This document shows positions 49,734 to 59,262 of a stretch of 64,000 nt of DNA, piece after piece. This DNA comes from Candidatus Omnitrophota bacterium (GTDB lineage Bacteria; Omnitrophota; Gorgyraeia; Gygaellales; Profunditerraquicolaceae): contig WOZK01000004.1 in NCBI GenBank assembly GCA_011620275.1, positions 21,931-85,930 of the forward strand, given 5' to 3'. Positions within the stretch are counted from its first letter, which is position 1. Each line of letters begins with the position of its first letter. A program made the translations under genes and the position numbers. A model generated the notes under the pieces. The model did no database searches, was not told the origin of the DNA, and saw nothing but the letters and a program-made list of their open reading frames with translations.

Positions 49734-50907
49734 AACTCTCCTTTAGAAGTTCCGGCTTCAGGTCTATGAATTCGCCGTTTCTTTCCCTGCCGTTTAGTAA
49801 TTTTATCACTTCTCTGATCGAGTCTTTGGTAATATCCCTGCCGCCGAGCCCGACCACGAAACTGCTGATCACAGAAGGGGCCTTCTTCTTGCCGAAGAAA
49901 GCCGCTTTTACTTCCGAGGCCAGCGGGGCGGTCGACCCCAGAGACAACGCCCTGTCTATCACGGCGACCTTGGATGCGCCTTTAAGCGCGTCGTATATTT
50001 GCTGCGCCGGGAACGGACGCAGGCAGGAAACTTTCAACAATCCTATCTTCTTACCCTTCGCCCTGGCTTCGTCTATGACTTCTTTGATGGTGCCGCAGAC
50101 GGAGCCGATAGCGACGATCACTTTTTCGGCGCCCTCAAGATGATATCCCTCCACCAATCCGTTATACTTTCGGCCGAAGGTCTTGGCGAACTCCGCGGTT
50201 ATCTGAGGAAGCATATCCAAAACCTTCTTCTGCGTCTCCTGAAGGGCATAACGCGTCTCCATGTAATATTCCGGATCCACCAGCGGCCCCATGGTCACCG
50301 GTGCTGCCGGGTCGAGCTTATACGGAGCGATATATGGAGGCAGGAAATTGTCCACCATCGTCTGCTCAGGGATATCGACCGTCTCTATCCCGTGAGTAAG
50401 AATAAATCCGTCCATGCAGACCATAACCGGAAGCATGATCGATTTATTCTCGGCGAGTTTGTAAGCTATAAGATGCAAGTCTACCGCTTCCTGAATATCT
50501 TCGGCGTGCAGTTGTATCCAACCGCTGTCGCGCAGGGATACCGCGTCCTGCTGGTCGTTCCAGATATTAATGGGAGCCGAAATAGCCCTGGCCGCACAGG
50601 TCATCACCACCGGCAATCTCATCCCGGCGATGTTAAAAAGCACTTCGAACATATAAAACAATCCCTGGGAACTGGTCGCGGTGTAAGAGCGCACGCCGGT
50701 GGCCGACGCCCCCAGCACCACGGAAGCCGCGGAATGTTCCGATTCCACGTTCACGGTCTGCGCCGCGAGCTTGCCGTCGGAAACAAACTGCGCCAGATCC
50801 TCTACGATGTGCGTCTGCGGGGTTATGGGATAGGCGGATATCACGCCGGGTTTGCATAGGCGGACGACCTCCGCTACTGCGTGTGAACCTTCAACGAACT
50901 CTTTCAT
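49726..50907 (-). CDS. porA: Pyruvate:ferredoxin oxidoreductase alpha subunit
   Basis: AYPITPQT, VESEHSA, TATSSQGL, DGF..TH, GLGGRD. Confidence 0.93.
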   Translation of the reverse strand: MKEFVEGSHAVAEVVRLCKPGVISAYPITPQTHIVEDLAQFVSDGKLAAQTVNVESEHSAASVVLGASATGVRSYTATSSQGLFYMFEVLFNIAGMRLPVVMTCAARAISAPINIWNDQQDAVSLRDSGWIQLHAEDIQEAVDLHLIAYKLAENKSIMLPVMVCMDGFILTHGIETVDIPEQTMVDNFLPPYIAPYKLDPAAPVTMGPLVDPEYYMETRYALQETQKKVLDMLPQITAEFAKTFGRKYNGLVEGYHLEGAEKVIVAIGSVCGTIKEVIDEARAKGKKIGLLKVSCLRPFPAQQIYDALKGASKVAVIDRALSLGSTAPLASEVKAAFFGKKKAPSVISSFVVGLGGRDITKDSIREVIKLLNGRERNGEFIDLKPELLKESYE

Positions 50908-50939
50908 AGCTATTCCTTTTCAGTATAGGGATGACGCGG

Positions 50940-51197
50940 TTAGTTTTCCTCTTTAACCATTTCGATGTCCTGTTTAGGGCAAACGGAGGCGCAAAGACCG
51001 CACCCCTTGCAGAAATTCGGGTCGAATCTGTAGGTATTCTTCCCTTCGCCTTCTATGCAGGCTTCGGGGCAAACCAAAAGGCACATACGGCAGGCGATGC
51101 AGTTCTTCTGCAGGTATTTCGGCCTTTTCTCGATCCGCCATGAACCTGTTTTATTATTCTTGCTGGAACCGGGCTTGGAAATAAGTGGTCCGAACAT
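50940..51197 (-). CDS. porD: Pyruvate:ferredoxin oxidoreductase delta subunit
   Basis: KTGSWR, two CxxCxxCxxxCP. Confidence 0.92.
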   Translation of the reverse strand: MFGPLISKPGSSKNNKTGSWRIEKRPKYLQKNCIACRMCLLVCPEACIEGEGKNTYRFDPNFCKGCGLCASVCPKQDIEMVKEEN

Positions 51198-51757
51198 TAT
51201 TTTACCTCGTTATATTTATGTTTCACGTACTCAAAACCCTCTTTTACCGACGCTATATTCCCATCCAACGCTTTACCGCTGAATCTCTTCTTAACCGCCT
51301 CCAGCAGTGCCTCCTGGCTGAACTCTCCGGTGGCTGCGGCAAACGCGCCAAGCAGAGCCGTGTTAGCCAGCGGCCTGCCGATGGTCTTCATGGCTATGTC
51401 CGTCGCCGGAACCACCAAGGACTTCTGGCGCGCCGACAGTTTCGGGATTTCCACTTCGCCGTCCTTACCGTTTATCACGGCAATGCCGGCGTCTTGCAGA
51501 CCGGAAAAACAGTTAAACCCGCGCATCAGAGTCGGATCGATCACCAACAGATAATCCGGTTCGTAAATTTGACTGCGCAGGCGCACGGGCTTGGAATCCA
51601 CCCGCACATACGCGTTCATCGGCGCTCCCATACGCGCGGCCCCGAAATTCGGGAAGGCATAAGGATACATCCCCTGCAGGAAATAAACATACCCCAACAA
51701 CGAAGCCGTAGTAATGGCGCCCTGCCCCGCCCTTGCGTGAATACGTATTTCTTTCAT
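51197..51757 (-). CDS. porC: Pyruvate:ferredoxin oxidoreductase gamma subunit
   Basis: EIRIH.R.GQG, FG..R.GAP, NT.LLGA. Confidence 0.92.
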   Translation of the reverse strand: MKEIRIHARAGQGAITTASLLGYVYFLQGMYPYAFPNFGAARMGAPMNAYVRVDSKPVRLRSQIYEPDYLLVIDPTLMRGFNCFSGLQDAGIAVINGKDGEVEIPKLSARQKSLVVPATDIAMKTIGRPLANTALLGAFAAATGEFSQEALLEAVKKRFSGKALDGNIASVKEGFEYVKHKYNEVK

Positions 51758-51786
51758 TATGGTTACTCCTTGAGGAATAATTAAGC

Positions 51787-52253
51787 TACCCAGACTTGTC
51801 CCTCGACTTTACTCAGGACAGGCACCCGGGGTACATTCGGGACACAGTCACGTTGGATTTTGTTGGTTACCGTAACCAAGAACCGAAACGGGCTTAGTTA
51901 CCGTTGCCGATATTAAAACTCGTTTATCGTTTATGATGCCCTTGTCTTAGTCTTTATTTCCCTTCCCCTGGTGGGGGAGCAATAAGGACGATGATACTCT
52001 TCCTGCATCTTCCCCATCGAGGGGAAGAAAGATATGAATAATCTATTGGTTCGGGAGGGGATTGATTATCACCCCTCTAAAGCCTCCTTAGTTGTCACCC
52101 CTCCTCTATCCTCCTTAGTTACCACCCCTCCTTCATCCTCCCCATCGAGGGGAGGAAATACAGATTGAACCCTATTGGGTACCGTAGCCGAGAACCAAAA
52201 CGGACTTTGTTACCGTAACCGTTACCGAATTAAGTATCGTGTTCCCGGAATTC
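51787..52253 (-). repeat. Composite repeat, copy 2 (largest)
   Basis: On minus strand: GGGAACAC repeat 52253-52228, GGTAACGG units, CCTCCCCTCGATGGGGAGG hairpin, tandem AAGGAGG..GAGGGGTG units, second hairpin, GGCAACGG units, TGTCCTGAG..GTCGAGGG unit. Confidence 0.85.
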
Positions 52254-52268
52254 AAAATGTTTTGTAGT

Positions 52269-52297
52269 ATTTTACTGCCGCCCCCTATGGCTGTCAA
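52269..52297 (-). promoter_or_regulatory. Sigma70-type promoter upstream of the POR operon
   Basis: TTGACA-17nt-TAAAAT. Confidence 0.7.
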
Positions 52298-52411
52298 ACA
52301 TTATTTTTAAAACATAGATGTAACTTACTGCGGCAAATAATGTTAGAGCGTACAGTTATCAAAAGAGCCTGGCAGGCGATTTCTACAGTAAAGGAAAAGG
52401 GGCTGAACCGC

Positions 52412-52621
52412 TCAACAGGCTCACTAAAAATGGTTATCGAAGGATCAAACCGCGGCGCGCCGGGTAGATTGCTTCAAGGAGGGCGACCGGCTCTCATCTG
52501 GCTTACCCGACTCTACTGACCGGGTCTCTCATAATGCGTTATATTTAAAACAGTTACAACGCCGGTTTCTTGAGTTTCTCGATGCCCAAGCCCGAGAAAC
52601 GGATTCTCAGCGGGCTGTTGA
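52412..52621. mobile_element. ~210-bp MITE-like element with IS1182/IS5-like ends
   Basis: Imperfect TIRs TCAACAGGCTCACTAAAAAT / ATTCTCAGCGGGCTGTTGA; family assignment is inference. Confidence 0.5.
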
Positions 52622-52665
52622 TTCGTTACGGTTTGACTAATTTATAATGTGCGCTCGGCTCTGTT

Positions 52666-53958
52666 TTAGCGCCCTATTCCTTTATATAGGAATCCGAATC
52701 GCTCTATTGTCTCCGGATTAAAAATGTTCCTGCCGTCTATGATAAACCGGCTGCGCATCACTTTTTTAAGTTTGGCCGGGTCAAGACGCCGGAATTCCTC
52801 CCACTCAGTAACTACCAGCAGACAATCCGCTCCTGTGGCGGCATCGTAGGCGTCACGGCAGAACTTCACCCCCCTTAATTCCCGCGCGGCTTTAGGCATC
52901 GCGTGCGGATCATAAGCCCGGATCCTGGCGCCTGAGCGCTGCAGCGTAACTATGAGCTCGAGGGCGATGGAATTACGGATGTCATCGGTGTTCGGTTTGA
53001 AACTTAAACCCAGCACGGCGACGGTCTTGTTTTTTATTTTACCGAGCACAGCTTTTACTTTTTTGAAGACGACTTTCTTCTGCTCCTTGTTTATACTGCG
53101 CACTGCTTTCAGCAGTTCAAAGTCATAGCCTTTTTTCTGGGCGATATGGATAAAGGCGTCCAGGTCTTTGGGAAAACAATACCCCCCGAACCCGACCCCG
53201 GCGTCGAGAAAAGAGGCGCCGATGCGCTTGTCGAGCCCCATGGCGTGCGCCACCTGCTTGACATCAGCCCCGACAAGCTCGCAAAGATTGGCCACGGCGT
53301 TTATAAAGGATATCTTGGTGGAAAGAAAACCGTTGCAGGCGTGCTTGATGATCTCCGCCGTGGGGATATTGGTCACTACAACCGGGGCATTGATCGGGGC
53401 GTAGAGCCTGCGCATTATCTTCCCGGCCTTCTCGCTTTCCACCCCTATCACAATGCGGTCGGGATGCATGGTATCGGAAATGGCCTGCCCCTCACGCAGG
53501 AATTCCGGGTTGGAGACCACGTCGAATTCGTATTTGCCGCGCGTTATCCTCTTCACGGTCCGCCGGATACGTTCCCCGGTCTGCACCGGAACCGTGGATT
53601 TGCCGACGATCACTTTGTAGCCGTTCATAGACCCGGCGATCCTCTGCGCCACATATTCCACCGCCGAAAGGTCAGCGCCGCCGTCAGCGTTGGCCGGCGT
53701 GCCCACGCAAATAAAAATAATATCCGACTTACGCGTGGCTTCTTTAATGCTGTGGATAAACCTTATCCTGCCGGACTTCCTGTTCTTTCTTATCAATTCA
53801 TTCAGCCCGGGTTCATAAATGGGAACACCGCCTTTTTTCAGTCTCTCCAGCTTCCCGCGATCGTTGTCCACGCAGAGCACTCTATTGCCGATCTCCGCCA
53901 GGCACGCCGCCGTCACCAACCCCACGTATCCGGCACCTATCACGCAGATGTTATACAT
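52666..53958 (-). CDS. ugd: UDP-glucose 6-dehydrogenase
   Basis: GAGYVG, VGTP, KSTVP, NPEFLREG, GFGGYCFPKD, FKPNTDD.R. Confidence 0.93.
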   Translation of the reverse strand: MYNICVIGAGYVGLVTAACLAEIGNRVLCVDNDRGKLERLKKGGVPIYEPGLNELIRKNRKSGRIRFIHSIKEATRKSDIIFICVGTPANADGGADLSAVEYVAQRIAGSMNGYKVIVGKSTVPVQTGERIRRTVKRITRGKYEFDVVSNPEFLREGQAISDTMHPDRIVIGVESEKAGKIMRRLYAPINAPVVVTNIPTAEIIKHACNGFLSTKISFINAVANLCELVGADVKQVAHAMGLDKRIGASFLDAGVGFGGYCFPKDLDAFIHIAQKKGYDFELLKAVRSINKEQKKVVFKKVKAVLGKIKNKTVAVLGLSFKPNTDDIRNSIALELIVTLQRSGARIRAYDPHAMPKAARELRGVKFCRDAYDAATGADCLLVVTEWEEFRRLDPAKLKKVMRSRFIIDGRNIFNPETIERFGFLYKGIGR

Positions 53959-53974
53959 TTAGATTACTCCTTCA

Positions 53975-55030
53975 TTAACCGGATGATTTTCTTTTTTTCA
54001 CTATCACCTCGTCCTTCTTGCGTTTAGTGCCCCTCGAGTTCTTCTGCTGCCATTCCCACGCCGAGGAGATTATTTGTTCCAAGCCGAGCTTGGGCCTCCA
54101 GCCAAGGAGTGCTTCAGCTTTGGCGTAGGAGGCCACTAGTTCCGCGGCGTCCCCTGGCCTGCGCGCGGCTATTTTCACCGGGATGGGACTGCCGGTGACT
54201 CTCTCGACGAATGAGATCATTTCTTTGACGCTGTATCCCCTGCCGCTGCCCAGATTCAAGGCGGCGTTTTTCACGCCCTTGCCCAGCGCGTCCAGGGCCA
54301 GCAAATGCGCCCGGACCAAATCCATCACGTGTATGTAATCCCTGATGCAGGTACCGTCGCGCGTGGGATAGTCATCCCCGAAGATGTTCAACGCCGGGAT
54401 ATCGCCCGCCGCCGCCTTCAGCGCGTTGGGAAGCAGATGCGTCGCCTCTTCAAGCGGCTGTCCTATCCTGCCGCTCGGGTGCGCTCCGGAAACGTTGAAG
54501 TAACGCAAAGACAGATAATCCATCTTTCCGGAGGCGGCGCAATCACGCAACATCTGCTCCACCATCATCTTGGAAGTTCCGTAAGGGTTCTCCGGCCGCA
54601 AGGGGACTTCCTCGTTCACCGGCATCAGTTCCGGCTGGCCGTAAACCGCGGCCGAGGAAGAGAAAATGAATTTGCGCGCGCCGTGCTTCAGGCAATGTCG
54701 AAGCAAGTTGACAGATCCCCAGACGTTGTTTTCGTAGTACTTCAACGGCTCGCTCACCGACTCCGGGACCACGATCGAAGCCGCGAAATGCAAGACGGCA
54801 TCGAAGCGGAAGCGCGAAAAAAGCTTCTCCAGATCCTGTGCGGACCGCAGATCACCCCGCACGAATTCCACGCCCTCCGGGACGCGCTCCCGCCTGCCGG
54901 TAGATAGATCGTCGAACACCACCGCTTCTCGACCCTGCTCAAGCAAGAGGCTCAACATATGCGAACCGATATACCCGGCACCACCGGTGATCAAAATGAG
55001 ATTATTTTTCAACGTAAGCTCCGAAGACAC
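53975..55030 (-). CDS. galE: UDP-glucose 4-epimerase
   Basis: TGGAGYIGSH, VPESV..PL.YY.NN, PYG.SK, LRYFN, DGT.IRDYIHV. Confidence 0.94.
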   Translation of the reverse strand: MSSELTLKNNLILITGGAGYIGSHMLSLLLEQGREAVVFDDLSTGRRERVPEGVEFVRGDLRSAQDLEKLFSRFRFDAVLHFAASIVVPESVSEPLKYYENNVWGSVNLLRHCLKHGARKFIFSSSAAVYGQPELMPVNEEVPLRPENPYGTSKMMVEQMLRDCAASGKMDYLSLRYFNVSGAHPSGRIGQPLEEATHLLPNALKAAAGDIPALNIFGDDYPTRDGTCIRDYIHVMDLVRAHLLALDALGKGVKNAALNLGSGRGYSVKEMISFVERVTGSPIPVKIAARRPGDAAELVASYAKAEALLGWRPKLGLEQIISSAWEWQQKNSRGTKRKKDEVIVKKRKSSG

Positions 55031-55300
55031 AATTATTCGGCAACGGTCACGGTTACCAACAGACCCCTACCTGTCTTTCCTCCCGAATGGGCACCTCCAA
55101 TCTTTCCTCCCCTCGATGGGGAGGATGAAGGAGGGGTGATAATCTTCCCTGTCATCCGATGGAGAGGATGAAGAAGGGGTGGTAATCAAGGATGATTTAG
55201 GAGGGGTGACAATCAGTGCGCTGTTCAGTAAGTTTTTTAGACAGCTCACAGAGTCCGCTAAAACTTTAGTGCGGGCGGTCAAATTTCGACTTTCGATTTT
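55021..55300 (+). repeat. Composite repeat, copy 3, joined to an IS630-like MITE
   Basis: Degenerate repeat CCGAAGACACAATTATT, CGGCAACGGTCACGG, TCTTTCCTCCC at 55074/55101, shared hairpin block, then 55214-55300 (inverted homolog of 3686-3771). Confidence 0.85.
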
Positions 55301-55448
55301 TAAATACCTATACACGACAGCCGAGATTTAATCAAACCGCAAGGATCTCCGCTTTTCAAGCCGATTCCAAGAGACAATCTTAAAGATTTGATCCGGTTTT
55401 TTCAATACTTATTTTGAATAAAAAGGATATTCGCTGCTTCATACTCCT

Positions 55449-56579
55449 TTATCTTACCGCTTTTTTAAGCAGGAGCAAGGCGAGACGGATGCGGTTTTTC
55501 AATCCGCGGTTCCGCCAGACGCAAAGCAAATAATGCGTAAACACGGGCAATATGCCCCGCACCGGACGGCCTAATATTATTCCGCAGGCCCGGTCGTCTG
55601 CCATTGGGATAATATAGCCCGGGTCAAAAGGCCGGTATTTTATCGACGGGAGCGAATTTATATCGTTGAGGATATTTCTTGCGCAGGATTCGCCCTGGGT
55701 GATGGCGAATTGCACCGACATGCGCAAACAGCCTTGCCCTGCGGAGAAACAAATGTTGTCCCCGGCGGCAAAACACCTCCCGGATATCCGCAGGCACTCG
55801 TCTACCTTCAGCCTGCCTTGCGGCGTGCGCCGAACAGGAATACGGTCTATAAAATCCGGCGTCTTGACCCCGGCCGCCCAGACCACGATGCTATTGCCGA
55901 AAACACTTCCATCGGAAAGCACGCTCCTGCCGGCGCGCGTCTCCATAATAAAAAGCCCCGTCTTCACTTCTATCCCGCAGGCGGCGAGATCGTCCGTAAC
56001 GTAAGCCTTCATCCATTCCGGCAGCGGACCTAGAATCGAAGGCGATTTTTCTACGATAATTATTCGGCTCCTGCGCCGTTTTTTATGTAGAAAAAGCGAT
56101 AGATTAGAAGCGATCTCGATGCCGGTATAACCTCCCCCGGCAACCAGGTAATTATCGTAGCAACCGATTTCGATGGCCTGACGAAGTTTTAGGGCGTCGG
56201 AGACGCTGTCGAGTTTATAAGTTGACTCGGACAGGGAAATATTCCCGTAGAAATCGGTTTCCGTGCCGCAGGATAGCAGGAGATAATCGCAATCAATATT
56301 CAACCCGCTTCCCAGACGCAGACTTTTGCCGTCGGGTGAGACCGCATGGGCGATATCTTGAATGAAACGCGCCTTTAATCCCGAACAGATATCCTTAAAA
56401 GGATATGCCATCAATTCTGCCGGGATGCCTCTGCCCAGAACGTCCGGCAGCAGAGGCAAGAAATTAAAACAATGCCTCCTGTCCACCAGTACCGTTTCCA
56501 GCTTCTTGCCGCGGCGGGACAATATCCCGGCAGCAGCCAGCCCGGCAAATCCTCCCCCGACTATAACTACGCGTTTCAT
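55449..56579 (-). CDS. FAD-dependent oxidoreductase, type II NADH dehydrogenase-like
   Basis: VIVGGGFAG, F.PLLP, AGGGYTGIE.A, WAAG, A.GD; start refined to 56579. Confidence 0.85.
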   Translation of the reverse strand: MKRVVIVGGGFAGLAAAGILSRRGKKLETVLVDRRHCFNFLPLLPDVLGRGIPAELMAYPFKDICSGLKARFIQDIAHAVSPDGKSLRLGSGLNIDCDYLLLSCGTETDFYGNISLSESTYKLDSVSDALKLRQAIEIGCYDNYLVAGGGYTGIEIASNLSLFLHKKRRRSRIIIVEKSPSILGPLPEWMKAYVTDDLAACGIEVKTGLFIMETRAGRSVLSDGSVFGNSIVVWAAGVKTPDFIDRIPVRRTPQGRLKVDECLRISGRCFAAGDNICFSAGQGCLRMSVQFAITQGESCARNILNDINSLPSIKYRPFDPGYIIPMADDRACGIILGRPVRGILPVFTHYLLCVWRNRGLKNRIRLALLLLKKAVR

Positions 56580-56788
56580 AATATTGATTTTACCATAAAC
56601 TTCCTTTAAGCTTAAGGCATATTTATTCCCGGCCCGATAGCCGGAAGCATTTTTTCTATTCGCTCCCCCGAAAAAGTTGACACAAACAATAGTTTCCAGA
56701 CCGCGGCGGCGATAAACCTTATACAGCAGCAAACATACATCCTTTTAAAAAAATCCGGTATTCAGCATGGCAAATAAAGCGAACACCT

Positions 56789-57497
56789 TTAAAGTTGAGC
56801 CATACTTCTATATGTTCCCGAGAGGATTCTTCTGCAAGCGAAGTCGGCGCTGATCAGGCACATCGGCACGCCGATGCCGGGGAGGGTGTTGCCTCCGGCA
56901 TAAAACAGGTTGCGTATTTTCCTGCTCCTGTTAGCCGGCCTGAACATCGCGGTCTGCCCGAGAGTATACGCCAGCCCGAGCGCGGAACCGCGGAAGCTGT
57001 GGTAACGCGAGACGAAGTCCTTCACGCAGAAATGATGTTTGACCTGCAGTCTTGACCGCAAGGACGGGATATTCCTTTTTCCATTATGTGCAGTATTTTG
57101 TCCGTATAGGCGGATAGTTCTCCGGTCCCGTATTCCAGCCCGGCAGGGATCGGCACGAAAACGAACAGGTGTGGCGCGACGGCGAGGTCGGAGTAAAAAT
57201 CCGCCTGCCTTCCCCCTTTAAAAAGGACCCGTAGGAAGGGCTCAATTTCACCAGCTCCAGATAGTCAACCACACGCTCATTGAGTAGCGCGAAGAATTTC
57301 TCGAAGATGTCAGGATTAAGGCACCAAGGACGGCCCCATATCGTAAACGAAACCCTGTGCCTCCATAATATTACAACGCCCGCCGGATTTACGGTTATTG
57401 TCGAACACTTTCACCTCCCACCTTCTTCTTGGACAAGGATGCAGGCTGAAGCCAGGCCGCCGATACCGGCCCCGATGACCGCGGCTTTCTTCTTCAT
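56789..57497 (-). pseudogene. crtI: Phytoene desaturase pseudogene
   Basis: VIGAGIGGL, GGR..GF.YDMGPS, C-terminal QTA.FRP.N...NL.Y.G..T.PG.GVPM; frameshifts; only ~0.7 kb. Confidence 0.88.
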
Positions 57498-58378
57498 ATA
57501 TTCCCTCCGGGCAGATTTAAAAGCGTTCTTAAAGCCAGAACCGCTTTCTCGGCCGTCCCGCTGCGGGCGCGGCCGAGGAAGCGGTTATAGTCCATCTGTT
57601 TTATCTTCACCAGGATGCGGCTGTAGAAAGCCGAGGCCACGCGCACCGCCAGCCTGCCGCGCTTGTCCAGCATGGCGATGCCGGGCTGAGCGCGGCGGTA
57701 AATCCCGGCAGAGCGCTCTACCTGTAATTTCATAAAATCCCGAAATGCCGGCGAGAAACGCCTGTGCGAGATGTCCTCACGCGAGAGCCCATAGGCAGCC
57801 AGCTCGTCGAGCGGCATGTATATCCTTCCCCTCTGCCGGTAATCCTCGTCTATATCGCGCAGAAAATTGGTAAGCTGCATCGCTTCTCCCAGGCAGGAGG
57901 CGTATTCCAGCGCGCGCGAATCGTTGAAACCGATGATGTAACAAAGCATCAATCCCACCACGCAGGCAGAGCCGTACATATATTCGCGCAATTCTCCGTA
58001 ATCCGCGTATTCCCGCTTCTCGATATCCATGAACATCGAGCGAAAAAAATCCTCGCTGTAACCGTAGGGGATATTGTATCTGCGGAACACTCTCAGCGCC
58101 GAACGCAAAACAGGCTCATCGGAAACATCTCCGCGGCAGGCGGCACGCCACTTGCCCAGCCAGGCGGAAAGCTCTGCCTTTATGCGCTCTTCGCCGCCGG
58201 AACGGTTATTGTCCACGATCTCATCGGGGATGCGCAGGAAGGCGTAAAGCGAATATACGGAACAGCGTAATTCCGCCGGGAAAAAAGCGGCGGCGTAATA
58301 ATAATTCAAGCCGTGCTTTTTGTTGAGCGAACGGCAGATCCGCAGATCCTCTTTTCCCGTTCCGGAAACTACAGGCAT
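57494..58378 (-). CDS. crtB: Phytoene synthase
   Basis: LYAF.R..DEIVD, Y.YGSA..VG, LG.AMQLTNFLRDI.ED..RGRIY.P; start refined to 58378. Confidence 0.9.
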   Translation of the reverse strand: MPVVSGTGKEDLRICRSLNKKHGLNYYYAAAFFPAELRCSVYSLYAFLRIPDEIVDNNRSGGEERIKAELSAWLGKWRAACRGDVSDEPVLRSALRVFRRYNIPYGYSEDFFRSMFMDIEKREYADYGELREYMYGSACVVGLMLCYIIGFNDSRALEYASCLGEAMQLTNFLRDIDEDYRQRGRIYMPLDELAAYGLSREDISHRRFSPAFRDFMKLQVERSAGIYRRAQPGIAMLDKRGRLAVRVASAFYSRILVKIKQMDYNRFLGRARSGTAEKAVLALRTLLNLPGGNI

Positions 58379-58380
58379 AT

Positions 58381-58671
58381 TCACCGGTTTTGCGCTTTTT
58401 CCCAGACGATCAGGCAGAAGCCGGCCATGCTGAAATCGAAGAGAAAATCCTCCAGCAGAATACTCGCCCAGCCTTATGCCGGAGAACATCGTTGGGTTAT
58501 AGATAACTATCTACCGCGAAGTAAGATAACCGTTCACCAGCAGTTTAAAGAAAAAATCACCGCTAGAAAAACGTAGAAGAGGCGGCGCTTCATCAGCCCG
58601 GGCCGGAAGATTCTGTCCATTACCGGTATCGCCGCGGCAAAAATGATTGCGAACAGGGTATATTCCCGCAT
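58381..58671 (-). pseudogene. Lycopene cyclase domain protein (CrtYd-like), disrupted
   Basis: M.EYT.., NGYLT..IV.YN, LED.LF motifs split across frames with an internal stop. Confidence 0.75.
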
Positions 58672-58973
58672 CACGCCTTCCTGAATCTCGTTCCAGATAC
58701 TTGAGAGTTCCCCAAGTAAAAAGACAACAGAACGGTATGACCACAAAGAAAAGTATTTCCTCCAGCGGGAGGCCGAGGAAACGAAACGGCCGCACGGCCA
58801 GGCCAATGGCCGCGAGCGGCAGCCAGGACGTCCCAGCCGCCGAAAACCAACAAAGTAGCGCCTATCGCGATGGTAAACGCTGATAAACGGCGGTACAATT
58901 TTAAAATGGGCCAGAAACTAAGGAACAGAGGCAGGAAAAGAGAAATCAAAAGTACCGCCATGTATTCCGACAT
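58671..58973 (-). pseudogene. Lycopene cyclase domain protein (CrtYc-like), disrupted
   Basis: F..WD..A..RGHW in one frame, LPLEEILFF.VIPF in another. Confidence 0.8.
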
Positions 58974-59262
58974 AACCTTATTTTATCTTAACCGTCGAAT
59001 ACGTCAACAATATTTAAGGGTCTTAACGCCATGGCATGGATTCCATGAAATTGACTTTTGATACCTTATTTTCATCTTTCTTGTCTCGTACTCATTCATC
59101 ACCGCACAATCGAACACTTGACAATCCGACAAGCTAAGGTTTAGACCCGATACCTCCAAAGGGCAGGGCGTTCCAGACTATTTAAGGGACACACTTATGC
59201 CGCAGCTCTCTACGGCAGCGAAAGAGAAAGACACCCGGGGCCGCGACGAGGCAATACAATAA

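Noticed and set aside
55067-55315. Small ORFs over the composite repeat (also 54959-55171)
   Set aside because: Low-complexity translations of the repeat DNA.
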